This document shows positions 30,638 to 32,097 of a stretch of 32,097 nt of DNA, one piece after another. The notes beneath the pieces were generated by a model that saw only the letters and a list, made by a program, of their open reading frames with translations, was not told where the DNA came from and did not search any database. Position 1 is the stretch's first letter; each line of letters opens with the position of its first letter. The position numbers were made by a program, and so were the translations under genes. This stretch comes from Octopus bimaculoides (lineage: Eukaryota), in assembly GCF_001194135.2 (NCBI RefSeq), contig NC_068998.1:40465992-40498088 (forward strand), written 5' to 3'.

Positions 30638-32097
30638 AATAGGGCACCCAATGGTAAAACCCAACAGTTATTTTGATGTCTTGCATATTCACACACACCT
30701 TTGTGTGTGTGTGTGTGTTCAATACATCAAAGTAAAGAATGGAAAATTGTACATCCTTAAAACCTGTTTATTGCAATAATTCACACTATGCTCATAAAAT
30801 TTAACATGAATGTATTGTGAATTTATCGGAATAAACAGGTTCTGAAGATGCATTGTTCTCTATTTTTTAGTATGAAGTTGTGGATATTATACTCAGCATG
30901 CTGTATAAAAGACAAGTGGACTCAGAATTTACCTTTCGAGTGGCATACCATGTGATTATTTATCTTAAGCAATTTTGTCTTCCCTGTCATTTGATGCGGT
31001 TAGCCAGAACCAGGATTGTATCAGAGTGATAGTAAGGTACCGGCCCAGATTCCAAATCTCTATTCTTTTATTTATATATGTGTGTGTATGTATGGATTGA
31101 TAAGTTTATATATACTGTATGTACTGTTGTGTCTGGGGAGAGTCATTCTCTTTTAGGGCGTTACAATTTAACACACTCACCAGTAAAATTTCCACTCATT
31201 TCTTTCTTTATTTTTCTAAAATTTTTGTTGTGTCTCACAACCTTTTCAATAGTTTTGACTCTGTCCATTATTCACACTGCATTCTTTTTGTTTGTGCGCA
31301 TGTGTGTGAGTCAGTGTATGTGTGTATGTATGTGTGCATATGATGCTTATGAGGGTGCTTGGCTGTTCTGATGCCTTGGCCTTGCCATCGCCCGTGCTAA
31401 TATCACAAGCATGTTGGTTTGGTCCAGTGGGTCCTGCTGAACCTTGTAGTGTGTGACCAATTGAGGCACTTAATGTTGTATTGATGTTTTTCTTTTTTTT
31501 CTTCATTTTCTTTCTTTCTTCCTCTTTTTCTATCTTCTTTCATGCTTGTTTTCCTCCAGTTTGGGATTTATATTTTAATGTTGTTCTTTTATATATGTAT
31601 CATATGCATACATGTTATATATGTATTTATTAAATTATCTAAATTTTCAATAATAAGAAGAAATGAAAAAGTAAGTAGATAAAACAAAATAAATGAAATA
31701 AAATTAAACAAACATAAATAAATAAGGGATACTGATAATGCAGGTACCATACACATTCCCACACACACACTTACTAAACATAGACACACACAAGGATATA
31801 CGCATGCGCAAATAAAAATACATACAACAGAAATACAAAATGGCAGATTATTAAGGAGAGACACAAAAAAGAAAGAAAAAAGCAAAGGACCACAGATGAT
31901 GTCACAGAAGTGTGACGAAAGAATTCTGGCTGAAATACAATTAATATGAAATAAAGCTGAAGCAAATGAACATCAAATATATAGTGCGTGTGGTTTTATT
32001 GGCTAAATTGGCAACATGACCATCCCCCAAATACAACAATATGCATTTCAACACATGAATTCACATCAATAATCTTGCAAAATGAATACATAAACGT

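Noticed and set aside
30871-31029. 52-codon plus-strand open stretch after a ttttttag acceptor, plus a minus-strand aag|gtaaat donor
   Set aside because: Signals conflict between strands, the implied intron would be too short, and the peptide is unrecognisable.
31320-31470. GC-richer island with open frames on both strands (for example GHTLQGSAGPTGPNQHACDISTGDG)
   Set aside because: No consistent splice sites or motif. It cannot be supported without expression data.
359-31965. Most ORF-track entries (poly-YI, HT, CV, ER, II, LL and X-filled ORFs)
   Set aside because: They are translations of microsatellites, low-complexity tracts or N-gaps, with no coding signal.

Overview
This is AT-rich, repeat-dense eukaryotic (animal) genomic DNA from a draft scaffold with 7 N-gaps. 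The SINE families and dense (TA)/(TG)/(AAT)/(CTAT) microsatellites resemble an octopod cephalopod such as Octopus. That assignment is pattern recognition, not a database hit. No complete protein-coding gene, rRNA, true tRNA or CRISPR array is supportable. Nearly all ORF-track entries are microsatellite or N-gap artefacts. Well-supported content: about 20 tRNA-derived SINE copies from three families; RTE LINE 3' fragments, one split by a TTAA piggyBac-type MITE; a CR1/L2-like RT relic; a mariner transposase relic; an internally deleted Penelope-like element; Helitron/HINE-like short elements; and a 26-bp minisatellite. More tentative: a chain of short minus-strand exon candidates at about 13.3-6.1 kb; a CpG-retaining central domain at about 15-26 kb between CpG-depleted flanks; a three-copy inverted-repeat cluster whose arms differ by symmetric 15-bp modules; a 314-bp foldback; and a degenerate Penelope-type minimal hammerhead ribozyme motif. 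I found no convincing novel multi-gene system.
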